64,000 nt of DNA, taken from positions 43,458-107,457 of the IMG/VR virus record IMGVR_UViG_3300029908_000004; one strand, written 5' to 3'. Position numbers and translations under genes: made by a program. The notes under the pieces were generated by a model. It saw only the letters and a program-made list of their open reading frames with translations. It did not search any database and had not been told where the DNA came from. Shown one piece after another: positions 45,110-55,177 of the stretch (the first letter of the stretch is position 1; every line of letters starts with the position of its first letter). Origin of the DNA: a virus.

Positions 45110-45625
45110 GTCTCCTTGATCTAAGATGTGCCTAGCAAGTATCGAACCTTGCATCCCCCCATTAAAAATGGCAAGGACTAATAGACAATGCATATCTATT
45201 AGCCGGTATCTTCCCTGTTAGTAAGTATGTCTAGAAAGGCTTACTAATTAGACGATAGGCACATCACGCCCAAATAAGTTAAGTAAAAGGTACTCTTACT
45301 TAACCATAGTGATTGTAACGATTTCCCATTGGAAATCCTCCTTGGCCAACCAGCGCGCATCGTGCGCAAACAAGATTTACAACCTTGCCAAGTTCGGAGG
45401 GTGGGATTAGCCTGAACGCTACCCTCTGTACGTTCCCAGCCCATGTTCTATATGTCCGCTGAAGTCCAGAGCATGGTCAACTTCAACGTTAGCCACCGTC
45501 CCACGAACTGTCTTGTTCTAAAGGCTTCGTGACCGTGGCTTGCGGGTTGCTGGCTAGGCTAAGGGCACCTGAGTACAATGGAACAGGCTTACTGTGGTAG
45601 CCACCACGCCCCTTCTCCGCAATCT
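45110..45625. other. about 520-bp ORF-free, GC-enriched region; candidate structured RNA or decayed element
   Basis: No ORF over 66 codons on either strand in an otherwise tightly packed array. Local GC about 50% versus about 40% around it. Several GC hairpins (cgcgcatcgtgcgc; ggagggtggg...accctc). Confidence 0.25.
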
Positions 45626-45628
45626 CTT

Positions 45629-46084
45629 TTATCTTGGTTCCAATCCTCTCTCTTTTAGGAGGACTCTCCAGCGAATTGATTCAATTGGATCAACGTAGGT
45701 AACGTTACACTCGCTACAAACACCTACTTTGGCGTTTTTCACAGTGAACAATACCCCGTTCTTAGCTGTTATCTCATATTCAGGAAGCACTCTTTCTATT
45801 ATGTTTCCTCTGAAACATTCTAGGCAGAAGCCACCCCAAATATGTATCTGTGGTTGGTTCGATTCGTTGGTTGGTGTTCCTTCCACTGCTGATGTACATA
45901 CCTTCAGATCGTCTTCATCGAAGACGTACTCCGAGATAGCATAGGGAGGGCCATTGTACCAGCTTGGGTTATCACTCCTATCCAGTGGAATACCAATTAT
46001 TACTCTTGTCCCGATGTCTGTGCATCTGAATGGGTTGTTATCACAGTAGAATGTTTCACCAATCTTGAAGTCAGAGAGTATCAA
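45629..46084 (-). CDS. hypothetical protein (151 aa)
   Basis: Intact ORF. Confidence 0.5.
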   Translation of the reverse strand: MILSDFKIGETFYCDNNPFRCTDIGTRVIIGIPLDRSDNPSWYNGPPYAISEYVFDEDDLKVCTSAVEGTPTNESNQPQIHIWGGFCLECFRGNIIERVLPEYEITAKNGVLFTVKNAKVGVCSECNVTYVDPIESIRWRVLLKERGLEPR

Positions 46085-46096
46085 TATTACCTCCTG

Positions 46097-46585
46097 CTAA
46101 TCTTCTCGGGAGGTGAATAGGCTATCAAGCCCATCACCATAGATCATCTTTGCTTCTATCTGTTGTAGCTCAGCAGGAGTGAATTTGACGAAGGATTCAG
46201 TCTCCACTTTCTTGTCTTGAACCGCTTTGCTATACAAAACAGATTTAAGCTTCGTCTTTCCACCTGCTACAGCTTTACCATCTACCATGAAAACATAGGA
46301 GTCGGCGCTGTAGTCAGATGTTGGTGAATGAACAATCAGTTTAATCTTTCCTGACTTGCCACCGGTTATACTATCGGAGTGGTACTCACGATTGTAACCG
46401 TTTGCACATTTCTTTCTGTTATCCCTTTTCCAATCTTCACTACGTTTCATCCGTAGTTTCAGATCTCCCTTGAGGACCTTTCCTCCAGTTTTCTGATACT
46501 CTGGGTAAATCAAATCCATTAAGCCGTCGTCTACCCACGTTGATACATGGTTCCTTACTGATTCACTGATTCCTTTTCCACTCAA
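46097..46585 (-). CDS. hypothetical protein (162 aa)
   Basis: Intact ORF. Confidence 0.5.
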   Translation of the reverse strand: MSGKGISESVRNHVSTWVDDGLMDLIYPEYQKTGGKVLKGDLKLRMKRSEDWKRDNRKKCANGYNREYHSDSITGGKSGKIKLIVHSPTSDYSADSYVFMVDGKAVAGGKTKLKSVLYSKAVQDKKVETESFVKFTPAELQQIEAKMIYGDGLDSLFTSRED

Positions 46586-46594
46586 ATCCTTCTC

Positions 46595-46879
46595 CTAGTT
46601 CTGATTACTTTCATCTGCTGCTTCTGATATCGTTCTCATCATTGTTGCACCTTCAAACGAAGTTATGAACTCTATGCTTTTCTTCATAACTTCCCAGTAA
46701 CCAAGGTCAGGGTGAACAGAAGCAACGGACAAGGAAAGGTAAAAGAATAAGTTGTTGTAAGCTTCACTACCAATCGTTAGCTCTACAACAGATTCGAATA
46801 GTGATAACTTCTCACCGCTCAAGTATTCCCTTGCTTTCGCAATAACCTGTTCCTTGGCACCCTCGTTATTTTTATCCAT
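46595..46879 (-). CDS. hypothetical protein (94 aa)
   Basis: Intact ORF. Confidence 0.45.
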   Translation of the reverse strand: MDKNNEGAKEQVIAKAREYLSGEKLSLFESVVELTIGSEAYNNLFFYLSLSVASVHPDLGYWEVMKKSIEFITSFEGATMMRTISEAADESNQN

Positions 46880-47168
46880 TGTTCTCCTCTTCCTTGTTCT
46901 CCTTATCTGCGCTCCTGCTCAATAAGACAATGGCGAACCTAACACATTCCCAAAAAGATGTGTTTGGTTCAGTAATCCCAATTGCAAACATAGATAGCAG
47001 AAGCTGTCGAGAGATTATAGCAGAAGGAAACGCGTGTTTCCTACATATTGCTAACATTTCCAACTGGTCGGTAGACAGAGCTTCAAGGATAAAACCTTCT
47101 ACCCTTGCTTCTGCTAACTCCTTTTTGACAGTTTCGTCAGCTTTCTCCACTTTATCTCCTATTACCAA
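46872..47168 (-). CDS. hypothetical protein (98 aa)
   Basis: Intact ORF, coupled overlap with the downstream gene. Confidence 0.45.
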   Translation of the reverse strand: MVIGDKVEKADETVKKELAEARVEGFILEALSTDQLEMLAICRKHAFPSAIISRQLLLSMFAIGITEPNTSFWECVRFAIVLLSRSADKENKEEENNG

Positions 47169-47315
47169 GGAAGGTTGTCAGTTACATCGATCTCAGGTGT
47201 TGGTACAACAACTTGGACTTCCTTCTGAATGATCTGTCCATTGATAACACTTTCCACTATAACCGTGGAGAGTGTGTCAACATTGACATCATCAGAATTA
47301 TCAAGTGGTTGGTTT

Positions 47316-47726
47316 TCAGATGATTGGGCCATCGACTGTGGATAGTATCTGTTTGTACCACACATTGTCCTTACTCCTCTCTGCCAATTCTATTAACACA
47401 TCTCCATGGCAACTCAAAGGAAAGCACCAGCATCCAAGAGTCTTATCTTGTAATTGGGTTAGTTGAGAAAGTATATTTTTCCTCATTACTTCCCAACTAT
47501 TCTGCCAAAGGGCCGGGAAACGATTGTATACCCAGTCTTCCTTTAACAACCAAGCTCTGTAACAGTCCACAGACTCTTGTCTACTATCCACTTGGAAAGT
47601 AGCAAAAGTCTTGTTAACGTCTAGATGAGTGAACGGATTACCAAGCTCGGTTGTTCTATCTATCCGAATATCAAATTTACCCCTCTTCAGATGGACAACT
47701 CTCCCTGGCATCTTTTCTCCCTTCAT
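47316..47726 (-). CDS. DUF4326-family protein
   Basis: ELGNPF ... YRAWL ... LGCWCFPLSCHGDVL matches the DUF4326 signature (GNPF...CWC.P..CHGD.L). Confidence 0.6.
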   Translation of the reverse strand: MKGEKMPGRVVHLKRGKFDIRIDRTTELGNPFTHLDVNKTFATFQVDSRQESVDCYRAWLLKEDWVYNRFPALWQNSWEVMRKNILSQLTQLQDKTLGCWCFPLSCHGDVLIELAERSKDNVWYKQILSTVDGPII

Positions 47727-47888
47727 TACGCCGTGCTCTGAACATCATTGACGATATGAATGTATATACTTTTACAAGTATATACTCAACCGTGTTTGCT
47801 AGCCAAATTATCGATGCAATTATAAAGACTACAACCAAACCGTCTAGGTTTACACTTGATGGATGAAACATCTAACCTTTCTCCGAGG

Positions 47889-48422
47889 TTACGAACTAAC
47901 CGGTTTTTCTATTAACTCTCTTAGACAAGTTACAAGAAATTTGTCCACAGTCAAAGTTGTACTTGGTAACACAGTTACCACTTTTATACCTAAACCAGTG
48001 GCAATCCGAATGCCTTGTCTTGTCCCACCGTTGCCATCTTCTTGTGGAAATGCACACACAAGACAAGATCCTTCGATAATACCGAAGTTACGAGCATGAA
48101 GCTTAAACGCTCCCTGTGTTAGAAAACTTGGATTCGGATGGTATTGTATAACTGAATCTCTCCAATCCAGATGAACCAACTCATCATACACAATCTTGTG
48201 TGTACAGTCTCTCGGTATAATCCCCGAGTTGTATGAGTACCAAGGCAAATACACTCGTAGATTCTTGGGTGTAGCGTTTAGCATGGCTGCGTGATCAATT
48301 CCCATTGCTGCTCCAGTAGCGATTACATAGTCGAGGAAGGAGAATTTTCTCGCTGCAGCTGCAGCTAATACAAGTTGTCGTTGACTGGGGTTACGAGTGC
48401 CAATAATGGCAATCTTGCTCAT
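47889..48422 (-). CDS. DprA/Smf-like Rossmann-fold protein, paralog 1
   Basis: KIAIIGTRNPSQ...LAAAAA...VIATGAAMGIDHAAM and later GSCLVCAFPQEDGNGGTRQGIRIA parallel the DprA GTR.PS...LA..LA...VSGLA.GID.AAH and SGSLITA motifs. Confidence 0.6.
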   Translation of the reverse strand: MSKIAIIGTRNPSQRQLVLAAAAARKFSFLDYVIATGAAMGIDHAAMLNATPKNLRVYLPWYSYNSGIIPRDCTHKIVYDELVHLDWRDSVIQYHPNPSFLTQGAFKLHARNFGIIEGSCLVCAFPQEDGNGGTRQGIRIATGLGIKVVTVLPSTTLTVDKFLVTCLRELIEKPVSS

Positions 48423-48439
48423 TACTTATCTCCAATGTA

Positions 48440-48748
48440 TCACTTCTTCGGTGTCAAAGTTCCGAGAGAACGTGTGTAGCAGAGAACTTTACCGTCTACT
48501 GCTACACCAACATAGTTTCCATTCTCTCGGAACTGGACGACCTCATGTCCTTCTCTAGCTAACTTCCCCCAGAGGCTTGGCTTGTTTGGATTTTGTTCAA
48601 TTGCAAGGACAGGTTTTCCACCGGTGTCCCTGAAAAACGCGGTACGAAGACCACTAATTGATGTCCTCTTGATAGTTAGTGACTTACCACTCTTCGTTAT
48701 CCCCGTGAACAATGCTCTTGCTATTGCTTTGAACAGAGTTCCATTCAT
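48440..48748 (-). CDS. hypothetical protein (102 aa)
   Basis: Intact ORF between the two DprA-like paralogs. Confidence 0.45.
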   Translation of the reverse strand: MNGTLFKAIARALFTGITKSGKSLTIKRTSISGLRTAFFRDTGGKPVLAIEQNPNKPSLWGKLAREGHEVVQFRENGNYVGVAVDGKVLCYTRSLGTLTPKK

Positions 48749-49277
48749 ATTCCCTCCGTTGGCTTTGTTCTCTCAACCGTTCGATACACAGAGCCATTAG
48801 CTCACCTTTGCTAATAGCAGACTCTGGTTCGATAGGGATCACAGGAATGTCGTAGTAGGTTGCCATCTTTATTGCTATGGCAGTGGCACCATTCCCACCG
48901 GACTGTGGGAATGCAACTAACAGCTCACTACCTACGACGGCACCGTAGGTACAAGCATGGATTGCAATTGCCCCTTTACTTAACACTGACGGGTTAGGGT
49001 GGAAAGCGAACACAGCATCTCTCCATGCTGGGTCCCTAAACTCATCGTACAAATAAATGTTTGCATGAGATGGGAGCATATCTTGGGCATAGCTCAACCA
49101 TGGAATTACAACATTTAACTTTGGTTCCTTGCAGTTCATCATTACTGATTGATCAACGCCTCTAGAGCCTCCAGTGAATATATCAAAACCCTTTCCCGAG
49201 AATTCTTTTGCTACAACCGCAGCTAGATACAACTGGGTTGTTACTGGCCTACGGGTTCCCAGTACTGCTATCTTCAT
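48684..49277 (-). CDS. DprA/Smf-like Rossmann-fold protein, paralog 2
   Basis: KIAVLGTRRPVTTQLYLAAVVA...IFTGGSRGVDQSVM ... HPNPS ... AFPQSGGNGATAIAIK; collinear with paralog 1. Confidence 0.6.
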   Translation of the reverse strand: MKIAVLGTRRPVTTQLYLAAVVAKEFSGKGFDIFTGGSRGVDQSVMMNCKEPKLNVVIPWLSYAQDMLPSHANIYLYDEFRDPAWRDAVFAFHPNPSVLSKGAIAIHACTYGAVVGSELLVAFPQSGGNGATAIAIKMATYYDIPVIPIEPESAISKGELMALCIERLREQSQRREYEWNSVQSNSKSIVHGDNEEW

Positions 49278-49289
49278 ACGTCTTCTCCT

Positions 49290-49709
49290 TTACATCTCAA
49301 GGGGACTATTCGTTCTTCGTTCATTATATTTCTCCTCAGTCCACTGCTGTCTGATATACCCGAGAAATCCACAATTCCCTGTGATTATGTCGACACTGAA
49401 CACACTCACAAGGGCAAGAACTTCCAAAGCACTTATACTTATGGAATTAAACAGCATACCAACGAAGACAGCCACCGTGATCTTCATGTTGTGTGATGTT
49501 ATTGGTCTAACCACGAGGTTAACTGCCCATGCTACGAGTAAAACAGGAAGTTTCCAAGACAAAAAACTAATGATAGACCAGTCACAGATGCTCTTAAAGA
49601 GCTTAAACTTCAGTGATTTACGTCGATAGGCTAGGCAATTTTTACAGAGCACCGCTGCAAATAGAGCAGTTAACAACAGAGCAATGTAACGATGGAATGC
49701 TTTCACCAT
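49290..49709 (-). CDS. polytopic membrane protein (139 aa)
   Basis: Four predicted TM helices. Confidence 0.5.
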   Translation of the reverse strand: MVKAFHRYIALLLTALFAAVLCKNCLAYRRKSLKFKLFKSICDWSIISFLSWKLPVLLVAWAVNLVVRPITSHNMKITVAVFVGMLFNSISISALEVLALVSVFSVDIITGNCGFLGYIRQQWTEEKYNERRTNSPLEM

Positions 49710-49712
49710 AGG

Positions 49713-49982
49713 TCACTTCCCTATTGGACTGTTTCTGACAGCCTCGATGAAGGGATTTGTATCGGTTGGGTATAGCATACCGGTATCTTCATGTCTTACT
49801 ACCCAACCTTTTTCCATTGCTTGGGCTCCGTTTTCATACCCACGGGTGAAACAAACGTTACCAACAACAGTTAACAAGCAGAATCCAACCCATGATGCCA
49901 AACCTGTCATATTACGTTTGGCGAGTTGAACCATGGTGTAGATACCAACCAACCCTGCACAAGCTACCAGCCAAAACTTCAT
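49713..49982 (-). CDS. small membrane protein (89 aa)
   Basis: Two TM helices. Confidence 0.45.
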   Translation of the reverse strand: MKFWLVACAGLVGIYTMVQLAKRNMTGLASWVGFCLLTVVGNVCFTRGYENGAQAMEKGWVVRHEDTGMLYPTDTNPFIEAVRNSPIGK

Positions 49983-49984
49983 GA

Positions 49985-50281
49985 CTACCCCCGTGTTGCA
50001 GATGGTAAAGTTGTTTCCTTCCGTCCTGCTCCACCAGTTTTAGATTCCTTTGCCAAGACAGGAACGTTAACAACTGGTTCAATCGGTGCGTGTATAGCAG
50101 ACTTCACAGACACTAAGTCCTGTACATCAAAGGACTCAGTTGCTATCGGTCTACCATCCTTGTCCAATTTCTCAGGGGTAACCTGAACACGTACACAACC
50201 ATTCAGGTATACTGTCACTGCTGTGACAATACCAGTGAAACCGGTTACTCGATCCTTAGCTCGGTCGCCCAGCTTAACCAT
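49985..50281 (-). CDS. hypothetical protein (98 aa)
   Basis: Intact ORF. Confidence 0.45.
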   Translation of the reverse strand: MVKLGDRAKDRVTGFTGIVTAVTVYLNGCVRVQVTPEKLDKDGRPIATESFDVQDLVSVKSAIHAPIEPVVNVPVLAKESKTGGAGRKETTLPSATRG

Positions 50282-50774
50282 TTTCTATCTCCTTTTCCTC
50301 GGCTGATTGCCTTGTCTTGATGTAGTTATATCTTATCTGAACTTTTAAAGCATTGGTCTGCAACAGCAGGATCTCTTTCGTATCAGCAGGATAGAACATA
50401 TCCAGTATAGCCTTTGGTGCTTTCCAATGAATTTCAAGCATCTCAACAAGGCTACCAGAAGAATCCTTAACCTTTACTTTGTCCATACTGGTACGTTCCC
50501 AACCGGAGCTCCTTAGGAACTCTAACCTTTCGTATGGTTTACCCTTCATACGATTACGGTACTCGTTTGTTACCCAAGCTTCCTGTAGGTCGAGTTCCTG
50601 CCTTACCTTGAGAGCTTTATCTACAGCTTCTTTCCTTGCTGCTTCTAAAACTCTATCATATTCTTGTTGTTGGATACAGCGAGGACAATAATGTCCATCA
50701 AAGCCGCACTCACGAACGTTCAGACGCCCGTTTATTGATAACACCACTTTGTGGAAAAATTGACAAGGCATCAT
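50274..50774 (-). CDS. hypothetical protein (166 aa)
   Basis: Intact ORF; CGFDGHYCPRC cysteine cluster near the N-terminus. Confidence 0.5.
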   Translation of the reverse strand: MMPCQFFHKVVLSINGRLNVRECGFDGHYCPRCIQQQEYDRVLEAARKEAVDKALKVRQELDLQEAWVTNEYRNRMKGKPYERLEFLRSSGWERTSMDKVKVKDSSGSLVEMLEIHWKAPKAILDMFYPADTKEILLLQTNALKVQIRYNYIKTRQSAEEKEIENG

Positions 50775-51069
50775 ATCTCCTGTGAAACAAGATCAGGTTT
50801 CATCAGGTGCCCATGAGGTACCTTATGTCCTGTACAAATTCAATCTTCTACTGAGTTTCTTCTTGGCCATTTAACTCTGTCCAGAAGTACTAGACTTTCG
50901 TGAATGGATTGGTACGGTACCATACCTAGGTTTATCGTTAATATCATAACGAATGTCGGAAGCTTCCAATAAGGAGTCACACATTAAACATAAAATTGTG
51001 TGACCATCTTCTTGCAACCCCCCAAAACTCAGAGATCCAGGGCAACTCTCTTTCACAGCTTCCATGTGG

Positions 51070-51321
51070 TTAACCTCCAGAGTTAATACGCTTTGCCCAT
51101 CTGAACCTTTGGTTCGTCGCGTCGTGGAAAGATTCCTTTATATTGTAATACAAATACGCAAGAAAGAAAGTCCCCATTGGAGTTACTCCAATGGCGAAGA
51201 ACGCCCACATAAACATTCCGAAGTTGCTACATCTGTTCCGTCTGACATACCAGAGTAGCAGTATCAACATAAGAGATGGGTAAATGTAGTCTATGAAGAA
51301 CAACCAATTAGGATTGGGCAT
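51070..51321 (-). CDS. small membrane protein (83 aa)
   Basis: Two TM helices. Confidence 0.4.
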   Translation of the reverse strand: MPNPNWLFFIDYIYPSLMLILLLWYVRRNRCSNFGMFMWAFFAIGVTPMGTFFLAYLYYNIKESFHDATNQRFRWAKRINSGG

Positions 51322-51551
51322 TATCCACCGTTACTTCTTTGTACAGCAGAGCAAGTCTTACTATAACCCGTTCAGTTTCATTCAGTTTATAGTAAGCCTG
51401 CTTTAAACCTTTGAGCAGTGTCGCGGCTTCTTCACGCGAACAAATGGGATCAGTTGCATTCATTCTATTTTCCTTTTACTGTACAAAAAGGCCCTCTTGA
51501 TAAACAACTATCAAGAGGGCGAATTATCAGGTTAACAGGATAATGCATGAG

Positions 51552-52331
51552 CTACGGTTTGTCCGCGTGCGCCCAGACAATCTCTTCGTATTTCTTCTCG
51601 TCCCAGACTTCGACGTAGTAAGACTCTGAACCATTGATCACTACGAGGAACGGGTCCGGTTCAATAACCTCTAGAGCCTTTTGCCCTTTTGTCTCTACCA
51701 AAGCTTCTACGAGCAATTGTGCTGTAGGACAAGCACGACTTATCTCCAAGGCTTTTTCCAAGACAAATGGTTCTATGTCCTTGTCAAACGTACTCAGGGT
51801 GAACAACTTCCAATGCCGTTCAACTCTTTCACCTCTTCCCCATTGAGAGCTATCGCTAGGGATCAGCCAGGTCACAGCAGTTAACAACGCTATTGCGTTC
51901 AACGCGGTCAAGACGACCGTTAACACTAATCCACTCTCAGAGATTAGTGCAGGCTGAAGAAACTCTTGATATTTCGGTGGTAGCCTGACTACCCAATCGA
52001 AACCATCGTACCAATTGATGATGTTCAAAACTAATGGGAAAATCAGTACCACTGCTATCGCCAAGTACTTCAACTTTTCTTTTGTTCCTGACCACATTCC
52101 AATGTACTCTTGACTTTTCTTGTAAGCTTTGACATCCTCGATATCAAAAGGAGTGATATCGATTCCTTTCAAAGCTTTAAGAAGCGGTTTTGCTGGTGGG
52201 GTCCTCACAGCAACCAAAAGTCTGGAGTAGCCAAGCTCGTCTTGAACTTTCTTGGCAAACTCCACACTGGAAGTATCAGCCTCTTGAACAGCTGGTATCT
52301 CCATGCTCATTCTTCTCAGGACGTTTCCCAT
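51552..52331 (-). CDS. membrane protein (259 aa)
   Basis: Central pair of TM helices flanked by soluble domains. Confidence 0.55.
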   Translation of the reverse strand: MGNVLRRMSMEIPAVQEADTSSVEFAKKVQDELGYSRLLVAVRTPPAKPLLKALKGIDITPFDIEDVKAYKKSQEYIGMWSGTKEKLKYLAIAVVLIFPLVLNIINWYDGFDWVVRLPPKYQEFLQPALISESGLVLTVVLTALNAIALLTAVTWLIPSDSSQWGRGERVERHWKLFTLSTFDKDIEPFVLEKALEISRACPTAQLLVEALVETKGQKALEVIEPDPFLVVINGSESYYVEVWDEKKYEEIVWAHADKP

Positions 52332-52788
52332 CTCATCCTTCTCCTTGTGACAATACTACGTAGTTTCAGGGTGCCGTTCCCATCCAAGAGAACGGCACCA
52401 AGAAGTTACTGGATTGGGGTTGTTGGCGTCTGTTCTGTGTGGAACAACTTACTCGCATAACCCTTGGTGGCGTCAATGCCGTTCATCAATCCATCAGAAA
52501 CGGATTGATAATCTGCCAGCCGTTGTTCCCTTGAACGCAGGCTGAAGTAAGCACCGGTGCCAATGGCACCTATGCTAAGTATTCCGAGGAACCATCTCAA
52601 CATGATCTCAACTCCTTATTGGCCAAAGCCGGAGGGTTTTGTTCGTAGTGTTTTTCAACGTCTTAGTGCCTTCTTCAAGGTTTCCCAACAGATGACAATC
52701 AAAACGAGAGAACACAGGAATACAGCCACCAAAAAAACTAGATGGCATATAGTACCCAAAGTGACAATTAACACAGCGAGCATGTTTT

Positions 52789-53139
52789 TCATGCCACATC
52801 CTTTAGCTGAATGGACTTTCCACGCAGTTTGTTCAATGGCCATATAACACAGAAGATAACGATTGCATTCACAATCGTAGCTCCTCCTGCGAACGTAACT
52901 GCGTTAGGATTGTCGATACCGGTATGCCCATAGTTCAGACACTCGGTAGTCAAAAGGGTGAGCACTTTGTGATTGGCAACCCAGTTGAAAAACTTCCCTT
53001 GGTTGACCCAACGACTTAGTTTAAATACTTCGGCTATTGCATCCAAATGGGATAGCATCAGCCAAGATAGAGCAGACAACCCCATGCCTGCTATGAAACT
53101 GGATCTAGCAGTGGGAGTTAACGAACTTATTCCTGCCAT
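52789..53139 (-). CDS. membrane protein (116 aa)
   Basis: Two to three TM helices. Confidence 0.45.
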   Translation of the reverse strand: MAGISSLTPTARSSFIAGMGLSALSWLMLSHLDAIAEVFKLSRWVNQGKFFNWVANHKVLTLLTTECLNYGHTGIDNPNAVTFAGGATIVNAIVIFCVIWPLNKLRGKSIQLKDVA

Positions 53140-53147
53140 ACTCTCTC

Positions 53148-53474
53148 CTACGTTTCTAAGCTAACGTCACTGTCCAATTCTTCGTCTGCTCGGAACTTGG
53201 AGTTGTGGTTCACTACGTTGGCTACCCCTAACTCGAACAGCCTTGTATTCACCACTGTTCTAGTTAGCTTTACAATCTGTTTAGTAGCAATCTCTTCAAC
53301 CTTGTTTGGTTCACCAGCTTGTCCAGCTAGCAAACTATCCAGAATTGGTATACTGATGGGATCTTGATCAGTCCCATCAAGCAAACGTTTCCTCTTGCGA
53401 TAGGAAACAAATACCCAGACACCACCAACTTCAGCTAGCTTCATTCCGACAGCTGCCAACAGAAGGTTCAGCAT
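53148..53474 (-). CDS. hypothetical protein (108 aa)
   Basis: N-terminal hydrophobic helix then basic patch. Confidence 0.45.
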   Translation of the reverse strand: MLNLLLAAVGMKLAEVGGVWVFVSYRKRKRLLDGTDQDPISIPILDSLLAGQAGEPNKVEEIATKQIVKLTRTVVNTRLFELGVANVVNHNSKFRADEELDSDVSLET

Positions 53475-53480
53475 GACGCC

Positions 53481-53804
53481 TCACTTTCTGGCTTCTACAA
53501 AGTTTTCTACAAAGTTAGCGTTGCCACTGGAAGGTGAACTGGAGGACACTGATTGCTTGGTGACTTTCTCACCAAGAGCAAGTGCCATGGAACTTTCCTT
53601 CTGTACGCAGGTAGCCCCGCATATAGGACGAGACCCAGAGATGTGTAGGATAGCCGGATCCCAACTGGATAGTAGGATCCCTTCCTTCGTTGGAACGGAT
53701 ACTAACCAAGTGTTAGTTTCACCCTTGGTGGTGCCACAGACGGCACACTTATACCCAATGTAAACGTATGGATTCGAAGCGTGGAATTCCATTACCACCC
53801 CCAA
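53481..53804 (-). CDS. hypothetical Cys-containing protein (107 aa)
   Basis: CAVC...C..C possible zinc site. Confidence 0.45.
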   Translation of the reverse strand: MGVVMEFHASNPYVYIGYKCAVCGTTKGETNTWLVSVPTKEGILLSSWDPAILHISGSRPICGATCVQKESSMALALGEKVTKQSVSSSSPSSGNANFVENFVEARK

Positions 53805-54241
53805 TGTCCGGAAACGATCAAATGATTCAGTCTTACTAATAGCCCTGAATACATTGACCAGAAGATGGTTATAACGAAGAACGCTGGTACCACAACAAAC
53901 GCTACGTGTTTGGTGTTCTCCGTATAACGCTCTATCTTCTTGGCTTCCGGTTCCGGTTCCTTCGAGAGTTTAAGCAGTCCCTGTAAACCGGGGACTTGCA
54001 TATAAACCTTGTCCTGTTCGCATTCGTAAGTTGCGCAGAACTCACAGATTGCAGATTCGCAGTCTAACCAAAGTCTCTGGAAGATAACATCTCCCTGTTT
54101 GAGACCTGCTGCTTTGTGCTTCTTCGCTAGCTCAATGTTTCTGGCTAGCCTTTTGGACAGAGAATGTAAAGCTGTCTTGCGAACGACAGTAAGTTTCTTA
54201 TCATCGTACCAGCTCCCCATTCTTTCCAGAATATCCAGCAT
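53792..54241 (-). CDS. hypothetical protein with C-terminal TM anchor (149 aa)
   Basis: Soluble N-domain with CEFC...CE; C-terminal FVVVPAFFVITIFWSMYSGLLV. Confidence 0.5.
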   Translation of the reverse strand: MLDILERMGSWYDDKKLTVVRKTALHSLSKRLARNIELAKKHKAAGLKQGDVIFQRLWLDCESAICEFCATYECEQDKVYMQVPGLQGLLKLSKEPEPEAKKIERYTENTKHVAFVVVPAFFVITIFWSMYSGLLVRLNHLIVSGHWGW

Positions 54242-54378
54242 GAGCCAGCTCCTTTCCTATACTAATGATGAAGACAAATTGTTGGTACGCTAAGTACCAA
54301 CAATTTAATCTCCATCCGTATTGGATGGTCTAACAGACAACAAAACATCCCCGTAGGATTGCTCCTACGGGGAGTCTA

Positions 54379-55077
54379 CTACTTGATGCGGGTCGCGTTC
54401 GGGATGGTGGAAACGATCTCGGACGTACCGTCCTTGTACTTGACTTCCAACATCTCAACGCGGAGGCTGTGCTGCCCTTCCAACTGCTGTTGAACAGCGG
54501 CATTGCCTACACGTAGTGCTGCAGCGCGTGCCGCCCTGCTGTACATCGGCTGACCGATAACGTTCAGACTCAGAACCTCCTCGTTGTCGGCGATCGATCT
54601 GAGCACATCTTCGTCCGGACCGAATCCGTTCAGACGAATCGTTTCGCCCTTACGGAATCGACCGATCAAAGAGATGTAAGGCTCACCGGTTTCCGTGTAG
54701 CCTTTCTCCGTGCGACCGCGATAACGCTGGATACGCCCGCCAACGTTCACTTCCTGAGCTGCCCGTGGAGCAGCGGTAACGTCGCGAACGATCTGAATGC
54801 CGGTGCAAACATCCAAACGGATCTGCCGTTGGAAAGTCCCGCCCAATGCTGACTCCGAGATATTGAAGACAGCCTGACCGGGGTAGTACTCACCGGACAC
54901 TTCGAGGTCAATTGGCCGAGCCGACCTTGCAGGACTCGGTGCGCCCACTGGGGCCGTACGACTGGAATGAGCAGCTGGTACTGCCGGCGCTGCCGTTGTT
55001 GGCTGGTTCTGATTGGCTTGTTCCATTGTATTATTCTCCGCGACTGAGTCGCTAAGTTCATCGATCTCTTTTCCCAT
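54379..55077 (-). CDS. hypothetical protein encoded by a GC-rich island (232 aa)
   Basis: GC content far above flanks; Ala/Pro-rich N-terminus; no motif recognised. Confidence 0.6.
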   Translation of the reverse strand: MGKEIDELSDSVAENNTMEQANQNQPTTAAPAVPAAHSSRTAPVGAPSPARSARPIDLEVSGEYYPGQAVFNISESALGGTFQRQIRLDVCTGIQIVRDVTAAPRAAQEVNVGGRIQRYRGRTEKGYTETGEPYISLIGRFRKGETIRLNGFGPDEDVLRSIADNEEVLSLNVIGQPMYSRAARAAALRVGNAAVQQQLEGQHSLRVEMLEVKYKDGTSEIVSTIPNATRIK

Positions 55078-55177
55078 GAACCTCCTTACATAATGGGTGT
55101 ATACCCATTTACACCTGCTTTAGCAGGGAATGAAGGGGTGATAGAACCAGTAACTTATACAGTCACCCTAGTCAATC

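Noticed and set aside
45110-45625. tmRNA or RNase P RNA
   Set aside because: No tRNA-like 5'/3' pairing with a terminal T-arm+CCA and none of the conserved RNase P CR motifs could be recognised by eye; left as unassigned candidate ncRNA.
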